From an uncultured Alphaproteobacteria bacterium (GTDB lineage Bacteria > Pseudomonadota > Alphaproteobacteria > HIMB59 > GCA-002718135), in assembly GCA_902621725.1 (NCBI GenBank), contig CACNND010000003.1, forward strand, positions 47,782 to 111,781: a stretch of DNA of 64,000 nucleotides, written 5' to 3'. The position numbers were made by a program, and so were the translations under genes. This document shows, piece by piece, positions 1 to 10,358 of this stretch (within the stretch, counting starts at the first letter, position 1; every line of letters begins with the position of its first letter). Under the pieces are notes generated by a model, which saw only the letters and a list, made by a program, of their open reading frames with translations, was not told where the DNA came from and did not search any database.

Positions 1-514
1 TCAACTTATCTTGCCATTGTGAAAGTTTAAAAAAATAACTTTCCTCCTTTACCCATTCTACAGGTGATCCATTATCGGTAACATATTTACCATCAACCTT
101 TTTCAATTCATTTTCTAAATAAAATGCTTCATCTCTAACTGAGTACCAACCTTCATAATTTGAAAGATATATTTGATTATTTTTTTCTAATTGTTTCCAA
201 AGTTCTTGTGATGCTTTAATATGTCTTTCTTCAGTAGTTCTTATAAAATCATCTATTTCACATCCTAAAAAAGGTATTAAGTTAATAAAATTGACTGAAA
301 GTTTATCGACAAATTCTTTAGGTTTTAAGTTTGAATTAATAGCAGCTTTTTCTACTTTTTGCCCATGTTCGTCTGTTCCTGTTAAAAAGAATACATTGTT
401 TCCTAATAATTTATTATATCTCGCAATAATATCACAAGCTATACTAGTATAAGCATGACCTATATGAGGAATATCATTAGTGTAGTAAATTGGTGTAGTT
501 ATATAAAAATTCAT
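1..514 (-). CDS. metG: Methionyl-tRNA synthetase, N-terminal part (runs off the window edge)
   Basis: Manual translation from the ATG at 514 gives MNFYITTPIYYTNDIPHIGHAYTSIACDIIARY...LTGTDEHGQKV (HIGH motif). It lies downstream of holB, as is usual in alphaproteobacteria. Not in the ORF track. Confidence 0.95.
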   Translation of the reverse strand, partial: MNFYITTPIYYTNDIPHIGHAYTSIACDIIARYNKLLGNNVFFLTGTDEHGQKVEKAAINSNLKPKEFVDKLSVNFINLIPFLGCEIDDFIRTTEERHIKASQELWKQLEKNNQIYLSNYEGWYSVRDEAFYLENELKKVDGKYVTDNGSPVEWVKEESYFFKLSQWQDKL

Positions 515-515
515 T

Positions 516-1501
516 TTATTGAGTTAAAAAATTTAATATAAATATTTTCTTATCAAGATTTAAACTAAATAATTCTTTTTGGTTATTAGTTAAATAATCA
601 AATCTATCAATAAGATTTTTTTTTGGGTAAGATTTTCAGATAAAGACTCTAACTCTAGATAATTAGGCATATTAACAAAGATTTTATCATCTCTGTTTAC
701 TTTTAGCTTATTAACAACAATTAGGATAAATTTAAGCATTGATAAATAATTATTAAATTCATCATTGGTAAGTTTTGATAACATATTTGATAAATTTATT
801 TTATCATCATCTAGGTCATTGGATAAAAGACATTTAATTGATAATTGGAAAATATCCAAGAAATCATTATTATAATAAAGAATAGTTGTTCCTGGTGATC
901 CGTACGTTAATTCAAAGTAGAAGTTTATTTCTTCATTAGATATTTCATCTATTTGATCTTTAATAATATTAGTAAAATTAGTCAAATTATGAGTATTAAA
1001 TTTAATTTTTAAACATCTTGATCTGATTGTTGGCAAAAGTAATGAAATCTGATTTGATATTAAAAAGATATATGTGTTTTCTTTTGGTTCTTCTAATATC
1101 TTGAGCATACTATTTGCAGAATTAATGTTTAAATAATCTGCAGTATCAACAATAACTATTTTAGAAGAATGTTGAAATACTGATGTTGAATTTAAAAATG
1201 TTTTTAGTATTCTAATTTGATCAATAGCTATGTTGGATTTAATTTTCCCTGTTTTACTATCAATTTCTTTCTCAATTATTTTTATATTTGGATGTGTATT
1301 ATTATTAAATAAATTTAAATGATGATTAAAATTATCATCTTTGAATTCAATATTCAGAATATCTATGACAAATTTATTAAGAAAAGTTCTTTTACCTATT
1401 CCATTTAATCCATGAATTAAAATTGAATTTGGAAGATTATTAGATTTATATCTATTAAGAAGATCGCTATATTCTTTATCAAAACCAATTAGTTTAGTCA
1501 T
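516..1501 (-). CDS. holB: DNA polymerase III subunit delta' (frameshifted at the A9 run, 616-624)
   Basis: ORF 590..1501 has GLNGIGK, HPNI, IDQIR, SANSMLKILEEP and LLPTIRSRC. The expected C-terminus (..NLIDRFDYLTNNQKELFSLNLDKKIFILNFLTQ*) is in a shifted frame, with its stop at 516-518 next to the metG start. Confidence 0.9.
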
Positions 1502-1504
1502 TTG

Positions 1505-2116
1505 TTATAAATTTAATTTTTTAATAATATTTTTATGAATAATCTCTTTAGATAAACTAGCATTTACTGTTATATATCTTTTGGAATTCGATATTTTTTT
1601 ATATCCTTGAATTACTTTTTGATGAAATAATAAGTTAAATTTATCATATTTATTTTTAACTTTTCTCTGTTTTAATCTTTTGATTATTTCTTTTGGATTG
1701 ACTTTGAAAATAAAAGTGTAATCAGGAAAGAAATTTTTTAGAAGTTCTTTATGAAGTTTTTGTGCTCTTTTTATACCAAATTTATTTACATATCCTTGGT
1801 AGACAAATGAGGAGTCTGCATATCGATCTGAAATCACAATCTTACCTTTTTTAAGATTAGGAATTATTATTTCATTGATATGGTTAGACCTAGCTGCCAT
1901 AAGAAGAAGCAATTCTTCCAAATTACTAATTGTAGATTTATTATCTAAAATTAATTTTCTTAATTTTTCTGCAAAACCAGTTCCTCCCGGTTCTCTTGAT
2001 ATGATAAAAGGAATTTTCTTTTTTTTTAAGTATTTTGATAAAAGTAATATTTGAGATGATTTTCCACTTGCCTCAGGTCCTTCAAAACTTATGAATAAAC
2101 CTTTATTTAATTTCAT
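1505..2116 (-). CDS. tmk: Thymidylate kinase
   Basis: FISFEGPEASGKS P-loop, REPGGT, DRYADSSFVYQG. Confidence 0.96.
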   Translation of the reverse strand: MKLNKGLFISFEGPEASGKSSQILLLSKYLKKKKIPFIISREPGGTGFAEKLRKLILDNKSTISNLEELLLLMAARSNHINEIIIPNLKKGKIVISDRYADSSFVYQGYVNKFGIKRAQKLHKELLKNFFPDYTFIFKVNPKEIIKRLKQRKVKNKYDKFNLLFHQKVIQGYKKISNSKRYITVNASLSKEIIHKNIIKKLNL

Positions 2117-3236
2117 CTAAGCTTCTTCCAAAAATTAAATATTTTGCTGCAGCGAAAATTTTAAATAAAGGATTTACTTCAGTTACATCTTTTTCGGCAA
2201 CAAGAGGTATTTGTATAGTTGGCTTTCCATCTATATTTATTATTAACTTTCCTAATACATCGCCTTTTTTAATTGGAGCGGATATCGGTTTTGTATATGT
2301 AATAGAAGAATTCATTAACTGAATTTGATCAAATGATAATGTTGAAACTAATTTTTGAGCACTAATTAAATTTACAGTACTCTCTCTACCTTGCCAAACA
2401 TCTACTTCTTTAATAAATTGATCTTTTTCAACTAATGTCTGTTGTGAGGTTTGGTTAAATGCCCAATTTATTAAATTAGAAGATTCATTTAATCTTGATC
2501 TAGAGCTATTTGTACCATTTATAACAACTGTAATCCTTCTGTTATTTCTTAATGCTGTTGCAGCTATTCCCCACCCAGATTCTTTTGTAAAACCTGTTTT
2601 TAATCCATCAGCTCCTTGGACTTGATATAAAAGTTTATTTCTATTTGGCTGAGTAATATCATTATAAGTAAATTCTTCCATTTTGAAATACATATAAAGT
2701 TCAGGGAAATCTCTAATTATCGCATTTGAAAGAATGCCGAGATCATAGACAGTGGAATAATGATTATCATCAGGCCAGCCAGATGAATTAACAAAGTTTG
2801 TGTTTGTCATTCCTAGGCGTTCTGCATAAACATTCATAAGTTTAGCAAAGTCTTCTTCGGTTCCACCTAAACATTCTGCTAGAGCTATAGAAGCATCATT
2901 GCCAGATTGAACAATTATACCTTTTAATAAATCATCAACTGATACATTATCATCTATTTCTAAAAATGTTCTGGAACCTCCCTTTTTATATGCTTTAGGA
3001 GAAACTCTACATTCATTAGAAATCGCAAAATTTGTATTCTTTATTCTATCAAAAGCAACGTAAACAGTCATGATTTTGGTCATTGAGGCCGGTACAACTT
3101 TTGCATTAGAATTTTTTTCAAAAAGAACTTCATTTGTATCAAAATCAATAACAACTGCTTGCTCTGCCTTTGTATCGATGGCGTAAAGTTTTAAAGAAAT
3201 TATAAAAAATAAAAAAAAGCTAAAAATTTTTACCAT
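2103..3236 (-). CDS. dacA: D-alanyl-D-alanine carboxypeptidase (PBP5/6)
   Basis: PASMTK (SxxK), SGN and KTG motifs; signal peptide. Confidence 0.93.
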   Translation of the reverse strand: MVKIFSFFLFFIISLKLYAIDTKAEQAVVIDFDTNEVLFEKNSNAKVVPASMTKIMTVYVAFDRIKNTNFAISNECRVSPKAYKKGGSRTFLEIDDNVSVDDLLKGIIVQSGNDASIALAECLGGTEEDFAKLMNVYAERLGMTNTNFVNSSGWPDDNHYSTVYDLGILSNAIIRDFPELYMYFKMEEFTYNDITQPNRNKLLYQVQGADGLKTGFTKESGWGIAATALRNNRRITVVINGTNSSRSRLNESSNLINWAFNQTSQQTLVEKDQFIKEVDVWQGRESTVNLISAQKLVSTLSFDQIQLMNSSITYTKPISAPIKKGDVLGKLIINIDGKPTIQIPLVAEKDVTEVNPLFKIFAAAKYLIFGRSLDEIK

Positions 3237-3271
3237 AAATATTAATAATTCTTAATTATGACCTTTATTTG

Positions 3272-4207
3272 TTATTCAATAAGAATTTCAGTTTCCTTAT
3301 AACCTTTTGAGATAAAGTATGAAACCAAATTATTTGCTTCTGTATTTTCTAAAGGACCAATAATTACGTCATATTTAGAATTATTTTTTTCAGAAGTATA
3401 TTTTAGATCATTTTGATAATTATCTAATACTGATCGAATACTGTCATAATTTTCAAATCCTATTACTCTTAAATATAATTTGAAATCAGTTATTTTTTCT
3501 GATTTTAGCTCAATTGGTTCCTCTGAAATTGTATTTGTATCATCATTAGATTCTAAAATATCATCAATTTCTTCAATAGATACAATATCTGTTGGTGCTG
3601 AAGAGATAGTTTCATCAAAATTTTCTTCATTTAATGAATTTGCTACACTCTTCCATTGCTTACTAGCATCAGAAAGTATTTCTACTCTTACAGTAGCTAT
3701 TTTAGATTTATAAAATCCAAGAAGTTGAGCAACTTTTCTTGAAACCTGAATAATAACTGCATTATCATCATGTCTATCTATAATTTTAACATTTATTGAA
3801 AGACCACTATTTAAATTGGTAACCTTGACCATACTTGGAATAGGCAGTGTTTTATGCCTACCAAGTAATTCTGTAACTTTATTTGTATCATTATTTACAG
3901 TTTTAATATTATGTAATTCCTTACCATAGAAAGAAGAAAGACCAATTTCAGAATAATTATAATCCTCCTCTGGAATATAACTAACTCCTTCAATAAAATA
4001 AGGCTCACCGATATAATAAAAAATACTATCATTTGTTTGTTTATTTATTGATTGATTTTTTTTCTTTTTATCTTCTTTTTTATTTTCAATTATTTCTTCT
4101 ATTTTGTTTGTACTATTTTCTACAACATCAGAAACATTATCAAGATTTAATTCATTACAAGAGAATAAAAAGAAAAGAAAAATTATACTAGTTAGATATT
4201 TTATCAC
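3272..4207 (-). CDS. rlpA: Septal ring lytic transglycosylase RlpA family lipoprotein (divergent)
   Basis: Lipobox FLFSC; IGEPYFIEG..Y.P, GLSSFYG, HKTLPIPSMVKVTNL; SPOR-like C-terminus; sits between mltB and dacA. Confidence 0.85.
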   Translation of the reverse strand: MIKYLTSIIFLFFLFSCNELNLDNVSDVVENSTNKIEEIIENKKEDKKKKNQSINKQTNDSIFYYIGEPYFIEGVSYIPEEDYNYSEIGLSSFYGKELHNIKTVNNDTNKVTELLGRHKTLPIPSMVKVTNLNSGLSINVKIIDRHDDNAVIIQVSRKVAQLLGFYKSKIATVRVEILSDASKQWKSVANSLNEENFDETISSAPTDIVSIEEIDDILESNDDTNTISEEPIELKSEKITDFKLYLRVIGFENYDSIRSVLDNYQNDLKYTSEKNNSKYDVIIGPLENTEANNLVSYFISKGYKETEILIE

Positions 4208-5225
4208 TTAAAAGACCTACTGAAACTGCATAATAAGATGAACAGTTATAATAAAGAATATTTTTATAATTTGGATAAACTATGAACATCCTTCCATCTA
4301 TCCCATCTGGCATTATTAATCTAGCTTCTAAATCATCTCTTATTGGTAAAGGATCTCCATTAATTTTGGTAAAACCTAAATTTGACCATTCTGATAGAGT
4401 TTTTGGAATTGATCTACGTTTTACTGCTCCACAACCTTTGGGGTTAATTTGCTTTATAGAATCAAAAAATGATGAAGAAATATTTTTTGGAGGGAGTATT
4501 TCTCTTCCCCATGTACTATCATAAGACCATGGATTTTTATCTAATGATGTTAGATAATTTGCAGTACTAGCAAAAGCATCTGCATAACTATTCCATATAT
4601 CTATTCCATCGCCATCCCAGTCGTATGCTGTTTCTAAAAAAGTTGTTGGTATCATCTGAGTCATACCAACAGCTCCACCCCAACTTCCTTTAAGTTCACC
4701 ATTAGGTACAAGATTTTTATCTAATATTTCAAGAGCAGCAAATAGTTGTTTTTTATAAAAATCACTTCTTCTTCTATCAAAAGCTAAAGTAGTTATTGCA
4801 ATTATGGAATTTATTTTTCCTTGATTTCTTCCATAATAACTTTCCATACCTAATACAGCCACTATAAATCTGGGTTGTATTTTAAAATAATCTCCAATTT
4901 CTTTTAATATATCTTTATGTTTTTTTAAAAAATTTTTCCCAGCAAATATTTTATCTTTTGTAATAGTATAAAATAAATATTCATCTAAAGTCATTGTAGA
5001 TGCCGGCTGACATCGATCACGCATAATAATTTTACTTTGTGGCTTAACATTATTTAAATGTTTTGAGATAGTATTTTGACTTATACCTAAATCTAGAGCT
5101 TCTTTTTTAATAGTTAAAAGCCAGTTACCCCACTCATCATCAGTTGGCATTTTTGGTTTTTCACATTCAGTTGAGTAAGCATGAAATGATATAAATAAAA
5201 ATATTAATACAATCCTAAAAATCAT
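4188..5225 (-). CDS. mltB: Lytic murein transglycosylase (MltB/SLT_2 family)
   Basis: LGMESYYG, LAFDRRRSDF, GSWGGAVGMTQMIPTTF, DWDGDG, YNCSSYYA. Confidence 0.9.
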   Translation of the reverse strand: MIFRIVLIFLFISFHAYSTECEKPKMPTDDEWGNWLLTIKKEALDLGISQNTISKHLNNVKPQSKIIMRDRCQPASTMTLDEYLFYTITKDKIFAGKNFLKKHKDILKEIGDYFKIQPRFIVAVLGMESYYGRNQGKINSIIAITTLAFDRRRSDFYKKQLFAALEILDKNLVPNGELKGSWGGAVGMTQMIPTTFLETAYDWDGDGIDIWNSYADAFASTANYLTSLDKNPWSYDSTWGREILPPKNISSSFFDSIKQINPKGCGAVKRRSIPKTLSEWSNLGFTKINGDPLPIRDDLEARLIMPDGIDGRMFIVYPNYKNILYYNCSSYYAVSVGLLSDKISN

Positions 5226-5318
5226 TATATAAAATTACCAAAACTATCGTTAATTAGGAAACGTTATATACTTAATATTTTGACTTTTTTATGTTGAAAC
5301 TATAGTAAGCATTTAAAC

Positions 5319-5408
5319 GGAGAGATGGCTGAGCGGTTGAAAGCACCGGTCTTGAAAACCGGCAACGGGGCAACTCGTTCGTGAGTTCGAATCTCACTCT
5401 CTCCGCCA
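5319..5408 (+). tRNA. tRNA-Ser (anticodon TGA)
   Basis: GGAGAGATGGCTGAGCGGTTGAAAGCACCGGTCTTGAAAACCGG, long variable arm, GTTCGAATC T-loop, encoded CCA. Confidence 0.97.
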
Positions 5409-5441
5409 AAATTCCTTTAAAACATTAAAACTAATAAAAAG

Positions 5442-5558
5442 TTAATTTTTATCTTCTAGCTTATCAACTCTTTTTTTTAAATCTTGAACTAAAAAATAAA
5501 TATATACTATCGGTCCCATTATCATAACACCGACTAAAAAAGCTAAAAATTCAAACAT
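5442..5558 (-). CDS. Small single-TM membrane protein (38 aa), hypothetical
   Basis: Manual translation MFEFLAFLVGVMIMGPIVYIYFLVQDLKKRVDKLEDKN*: a hydrophobic helix plus a charged, coiled-coil-like tail; fills an otherwise large gap. Confidence 0.6.
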   Translation of the reverse strand: MFEFLAFLVGVMIMGPIVYIYFLVQDLKKRVDKLEDKN

Positions 5559-5605
5559 ATACTTACTATAAATCAAAAAGAATATTTCTCAAACATATGA
5601 AGATG

Positions 5606-6703
5606 TTATTTTTTTTCAAATTTCCATAATTTATCTTGAGCTAAAAAGAATAGTTTACCGTTTTCTGGATGGATTTTAATATCTCTTATTCTTCCTATTT
5701 TGTTCTTAAAAATAATATCTTCTTCTACATTATCTAAGTTAGAAAAATCTAATGAGCGTAAAGATTGATCTTTTAAAGATGTTACAAGTGCTAGTCCTTC
5801 AAATTCTGGAAATTCTTCTCCATCATATATAGTGATTGCACTTACAGCTATTGAAGGTATCCAGTAATGAATTGCTCTTGTATAACCAGGTAACCATTTA
5901 GGTCCTATTTTTGTATTATTATAATTTGTTCCACCCCAACCTAGTATTTTCCATCCATAGTTTTCACCTTTCTTTACTTCACCAATCCAATCACCACCTT
6001 TAGCACCGTGATTACTAATGTATAATTTATTATCAAAAGAAGATATTGCCATTCCTTGAGGATTTCTGACGCCAATTTGAAAAATTTCAGGAAGCCATAA
6101 AGGTTGGTCTTTAAAATGTGGGTTATCTTTTGGTACTGAACCATCTAAATTAATTCTAATAATACTACCTGGATGTTTATCTACTTCTTGAGCAATCATT
6201 CCTTTTCCTCTTTCACCTAAAGAAGCAAACAAATAATTATCTTTAATTACTATTCTAGAACCAAAATGATAAGGTGATCTTATTGGGGGCTCAGATCTAA
6301 ATATATTATTAAAATTTAGTTTTTCTTTATTGAATTTAGCTTTTGCAATTGACGTAGATGATGGTCCATATAATTTAAATTCACCTCTTTTCTCAGAGTA
6401 GGTAATATAAACATGATCATCATGATATAAAATTTCTAGCAAACCACCTTGAGAGTTTATATCTTCAATAAAATTTAAATTATGTTTTATCTCAAAAATA
6501 CTTCCATTGGTTTGATTAAATAATTTTATTTTACCTGTTTTCTCACTAATCAATATTTCATTTTTATTAATAAATGAAATGCTCCAAGGCTGATCTAGAT
6601 CTTTTTTTAATATTGATAATTTATAATCATTACTTAAAGAATAAACATTCTTGTTGAATATTAAGAAAATAGTTACAATAGATAAATTTACAAAAAATCT
6701 CAT
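5606..6703 (-). CDS. PQQ-dependent sugar dehydrogenase (glucose/sorbosone dehydrogenase family)
   Basis: LDQPWS, QGGLLE, HFGSRI, GVRNPQG, GENYGW, GRIRD. Confidence 0.88.
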   Translation of the reverse strand: MRFFVNLSIVTIFLIFNKNVYSLSNDYKLSILKKDLDQPWSISFINKNEILISEKTGKIKLFNQTNGSIFEIKHNLNFIEDINSQGGLLEILYHDDHVYITYSEKRGEFKLYGPSSTSIAKAKFNKEKLNFNNIFRSEPPIRSPYHFGSRIVIKDNYLFASLGERGKGMIAQEVDKHPGSIIRINLDGSVPKDNPHFKDQPLWLPEIFQIGVRNPQGMAISSFDNKLYISNHGAKGGDWIGEVKKGENYGWKILGWGGTNYNNTKIGPKWLPGYTRAIHYWIPSIAVSAITIYDGEEFPEFEGLALVTSLKDQSLRSLDFSNLDNVEEDIIFKNKIGRIRDIKIHPENGKLFFLAQDKLWKFEKK

Positions 6704-9700
6704 TTTAATAAATTAATAATTTTTTTTGATAATTCAAATCTATCACCAATTAAATTACCACCAAAATCATAAAATATTTTTTGATCCGGTCTTAAAATTA
6801 GAGAATTTTTATTAGATAATGAAAGTTGTAATAATTTTTCTGGATTTTTTGGTTTATTTTGAAAAAAACTGATTAATATACCTTTTCTACTAAACTCAAA
6901 TTTTTCAATTTTATTATTTAAACAAATAATTTTTATTTCTACTAATTTTAATAAATTAATTAATTGAATAGGCAATTTGCCAAATCTGTCTATTAATTCT
7001 ATTTTTATATCTTCAATTTCTTTATTATTATTTATATTTGAGATTCTTTTATAAATGGACAATCTTAGATCAACATCATTTATAAAATCTTCAGGTATAT
7101 AAATTTCAACAGGGATTTTTATAATTGGTTGAAAATTATCTTTTTTTACAAAGTCAGAATTAATTTTACTTTTTTGTAAATTTATCTCTTCTTCAAGCAT
7201 CTGATGATAAAGCTCGGTTCCTATTTCTTTTATGAAACCACTCTGTTCTTCTCCAATAATAGAACCACCACCTCTAAGATCAAGATCTTGAGAGGCTATA
7301 TTAAAACCTGCTCCGAGATGATCGGAAGAGTTTATTATTGATAATCTTTTTCTACCATTATCTATTAGTTCGCTCTCTTTATATGTAATGTATGCGTATC
7401 CACGTTTGGAAGATCTACCTACCCTTCCCTTCAATTGATACAAAGCCGCTAAAGAAAATATATTTGATCGGTAAACAATAATTGTATTTACATGAGGCAA
7501 ATCTAAACCATTTTCAATAATATTTGTGCTTAACATTAAAGGTACTTCTTGGTTATAAAACTTTGATATTCTACTTTCTAATAATTTAGGACTAAGTTGA
7601 CCGTGAGTAATTACATATTTAATTTCTGGTAAATTAACATTTAAAAATTGCTCAACAAAAGTTAAGTCTTTTTTTCTTGGAACAACAAAATAAACCCCAT
7701 TTTTTCTGCCATATATTTCTCTTTTTATAGCTTCTGTGATAGTCAAAGAATCAAAAGGTGAAACGTAAGTCCTAACTGCCATTCTTTCAAATGGTGCTGT
7801 AAGAATTAGACTTAGATCTCTTATTCCTGAAAGAGACATGCTTAAAGTTCTTGGAATAGGTGTTGCACTAAGTGAGATACAATGCGCTTTTGGTGCAATT
7901 TCTTTAAATTTTTCTTTTTGAATTGTGCCTAGTTTTTGCTCTTCATCGTAAACTATTAGACCAAGCCTGTTAAATTTTAATTTATCATTTAATAATGCAT
8001 GAGTTCCAACTAATACATCGATTTTACCAGAATTACATTTTTCAAAAATTTCTTTTTTATCTTTTAATGATACTAATCTAGAAATTTCTGCAATATTAAT
8101 ACCAAAAATAGATAATCTTTTTTTGAAATTAATAAAATGCTGTCTAGATAAAATGGTAGTTGGAACTAAAACTACAGATTGTAAATTTGATTTTGCTGCT
8201 AGAAAAATAGCTCTCAAAATTACTTCTGTTTTACCAAATGCTACATCGCCTACAATTAATCTATCAGATGGTATCATTTTAGAAAAATCATTAATCACAT
8301 CTTGAATTGCATTCAATTGATCATCAGTTTCAACATATGGGAAAGTACTAACAAATTTATCGTATTCAGGTATATTTGTATTAATTTCATAAGATTGAGA
8401 TTGAAGTCTCTTAGAAGCTATTGAAATAAGTTTTTTTGCAGCGTCTCTAATTTTCTTTTTTGCATCTGCTTTCCTTTTTTGCCAATGTGAAGCACCGAGT
8501 TTATCTAAAATAATGTTTCCATCAGTATCATCACTGTATTTTGATACATAACTTAAATTTTCAACTGGTAAAAAAAGTTTTTGATTTTCAAAAAATTCTA
8601 ATTCTAAACACTCATGAATTGAATCATTTAATTCAATTTTTCTAATATTATTAAACTTACAAAGACCGTACTCAGAATGAACCAGAATAGAATCAATAGA
8701 TAATTTATTTAATTCTTCAAAAAATATAGTTTGTTTACGTGATTTAGATATTTGCGTGTTAAAAAAATAACCAAATAAGGATTTTTCATTAATAAAAATA
8801 TATTTATTTAGTTTAAATGACTCCTCAATATCTAGTATAGTTAAAAGTATATTATCTGTGAATGAATGATTAAAACTTGTTACATCATTTAATTTTAAGC
8901 TTAAATTATTTTCTAATATCTTAGATACCCTTTCTAAACTTCCTTTACTACGACAACATATATAAATTATATTATCTTTAGAATTAGCTGTAAAAAATTG
9001 ATTTATAAAACTAAAATCTATTTCCTTTTTAATAGATGATAAATTATGAATAATATTTACATCAATATTTATATGATTATTTTTATCGAATGTATTGAAG
9101 TAAAAGTGCTCATTATTTTCTAAACATTTTTTAAATATTTCTTTATTCAAATAAAAATATTCAGGAGGTAGAAAAAAACTTTCTTTATTATTTTTTCTTG
9201 CTAAATAAAAATCATTTATGTTTTCTAATCTATTTTCAAAAATGTTATTAAATTCATCGTTTAGTAATATTGTATATTCTGCAATATAATCAAACAATGT
9301 TTCAAGATTATCGTAAAATAAAGGGATAAATTGTTCGCCGCCAGATGGAATAATTTTTTCAGAAAAAAGATTATAAACTTGACTATTCCTATAATCGGGA
9401 AATATTTCCCTAAAATTTTTTCTAAATAAGTTCAGATTATCTTCATTAAGAATTAATTCATTAACAATATTAAACTCTAAATCACTATTTATTTCTTTTA
9501 ATCTTTTTTGAGTAATTGGATCAAATTCAAAAATTGTCTCTATTTCTTCATCAAAAAAATCTATTCTTATTGGCTTTGATCTATCATTTGGAAAAATATC
9601 TAAAATTGATCCTCTAACTGAAAATTCAGATTTATCACGAACTAAAGAAGTTCTTTGGAAGCCTAAAAGTACAAGGTTATTTATAATATCCTCTAGTTTA

Positions 9701-10077
9701 AATTTTTGTTTTTTTGAAATTTTAAAAAGTTGTGAATTTATAATTGATTTAGGAATTATTTTTTGTGTTATTGAATTAATTGTTGTAAGTATTATTCTTT
9801 TTGCATTAGAATTTGATAAAATTTTAAGAGTTTTTAATCTTTCGATTTGAATTTCTTTTGAGGGTGATACATTATCGTAGGGTATTTGATCCCAAGATTT
9901 AAATAATAAAATCTCAACATCTGGTAATAACCATTTAATTTTTTCTTCCATAGATGATATTTCTCTTTCATCTTTTCCGATGTATAAAATTGATTTATTG
10001 GAATTTTGATAAAACTGCGAAATGAAAAAGGGTTCAACATTATGAATTGATGGACCGATAGTATTTTTATTTATCAT
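6700..10077 (-). CDS. mfd: Transcription-repair coupling factor
   Basis: PYDNVSPS, EFSVRGSILDIF, GDVAFGKTEV, LSATPIPRTL, LYQLKGRVGRS, TRCF C-terminal domain. Confidence 0.96.
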   Translation of the reverse strand: MINKNTIGPSIHNVEPFFISQFYQNSNKSILYIGKDEREISSMEEKIKWLLPDVEILLFKSWDQIPYDNVSPSKEIQIERLKTLKILSNSNAKRIILTTINSITQKIIPKSIINSQLFKISKKQKFKLEDIINNLVLLGFQRTSLVRDKSEFSVRGSILDIFPNDRSKPIRIDFFDEEIETIFEFDPITQKRLKEINSDLEFNIVNELILNEDNLNLFRKNFREIFPDYRNSQVYNLFSEKIIPSGGEQFIPLFYDNLETLFDYIAEYTILLNDEFNNIFENRLENINDFYLARKNNKESFFLPPEYFYLNKEIFKKCLENNEHFYFNTFDKNNHINIDVNIIHNLSSIKKEIDFSFINQFFTANSKDNIIYICCRSKGSLERVSKILENNLSLKLNDVTSFNHSFTDNILLTILDIEESFKLNKYIFINEKSLFGYFFNTQISKSRKQTIFFEELNKLSIDSILVHSEYGLCKFNNIRKIELNDSIHECLELEFFENQKLFLPVENLSYVSKYSDDTDGNIILDKLGASHWQKRKADAKKKIRDAAKKLISIASKRLQSQSYEINTNIPEYDKFVSTFPYVETDDQLNAIQDVINDFSKMIPSDRLIVGDVAFGKTEVILRAIFLAAKSNLQSVVLVPTTILSRQHFINFKKRLSIFGINIAEISRLVSLKDKKEIFEKCNSGKIDVLVGTHALLNDKLKFNRLGLIVYDEEQKLGTIQKEKFKEIAPKAHCISLSATPIPRTLSMSLSGIRDLSLILTAPFERMAVRTYVSPFDSLTITEAIKREIYGRKNGVYFVVPRKKDLTFVEQFLNVNLPEIKYVITHGQLSPKLLESRISKFYNQEVPLMLSTNIIENGLDLPHVNTIIVYRSNIFSLAALYQLKGRVGRSSKRGYAYITYKESELIDNGRKRLSIINSSDHLGAGFNIASQDLDLRGGGSIIGEEQSGFIKEIGTELYHQMLEEEINLQKSKINSDFVKKDNFQPIIKIPVEIYIPEDFINDVDLRLSIYKRISNINNNKEIEDIKIELIDRFGKLPIQLINLLKLVEIKIICLNNKIEKFEFSRKGILISFFQNKPKNPEKLLQLSLSNKNSLILRPDQKIFYDFGGNLIGDRFELSKKIINLLK

Positions 10078-10315
10078 TAAGTATTTTTTTAAATATTTCC
10101 TTAAATCCCAATGGAATAGTTACCTTAGAAGTAAGAAAATCATAAATCTCGTTATCAGAGAATTGATTAAATAATAATTTGATTTGCTCAAGATCTTTTT
10201 CACTAAATTTATCTAACTGATTTATAAAATATCTTTTGTATAAAATATCAGTCTCTTTTGTTCCAGAGTAAGAAACCCTATATTTTATAGTTTTTTTTAG
10301 TGAATTGAATGACAT
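10067..10315 (-). CDS. sdhE: Succinate dehydrogenase flavinylation factor (SdhE/Sdh5)
   Basis: KYRVSYSGTKETDIL resembles the RGxxExD motif; conserved position between mfd and recG. Confidence 0.8.
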   Translation of the reverse strand: MSFNSLKKTIKYRVSYSGTKETDILYKRYFINQLDKFSEKDLEQIKLLFNQFSDNEIYDFLTSKVTIPLGFKEIFKKILNDK

Positions 10316-10358
10316 AAAAATTGAATATAGAATATAGTTTATAATTTTATAAAAATCT

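Noticed and set aside
5409-5605. tRNA-Ser and tRNA-Lys 3' ends as integration sites
   Set aside because: No integrase or duplicated tRNA 3' fragment was noticed, and the flanking genes are housekeeping.
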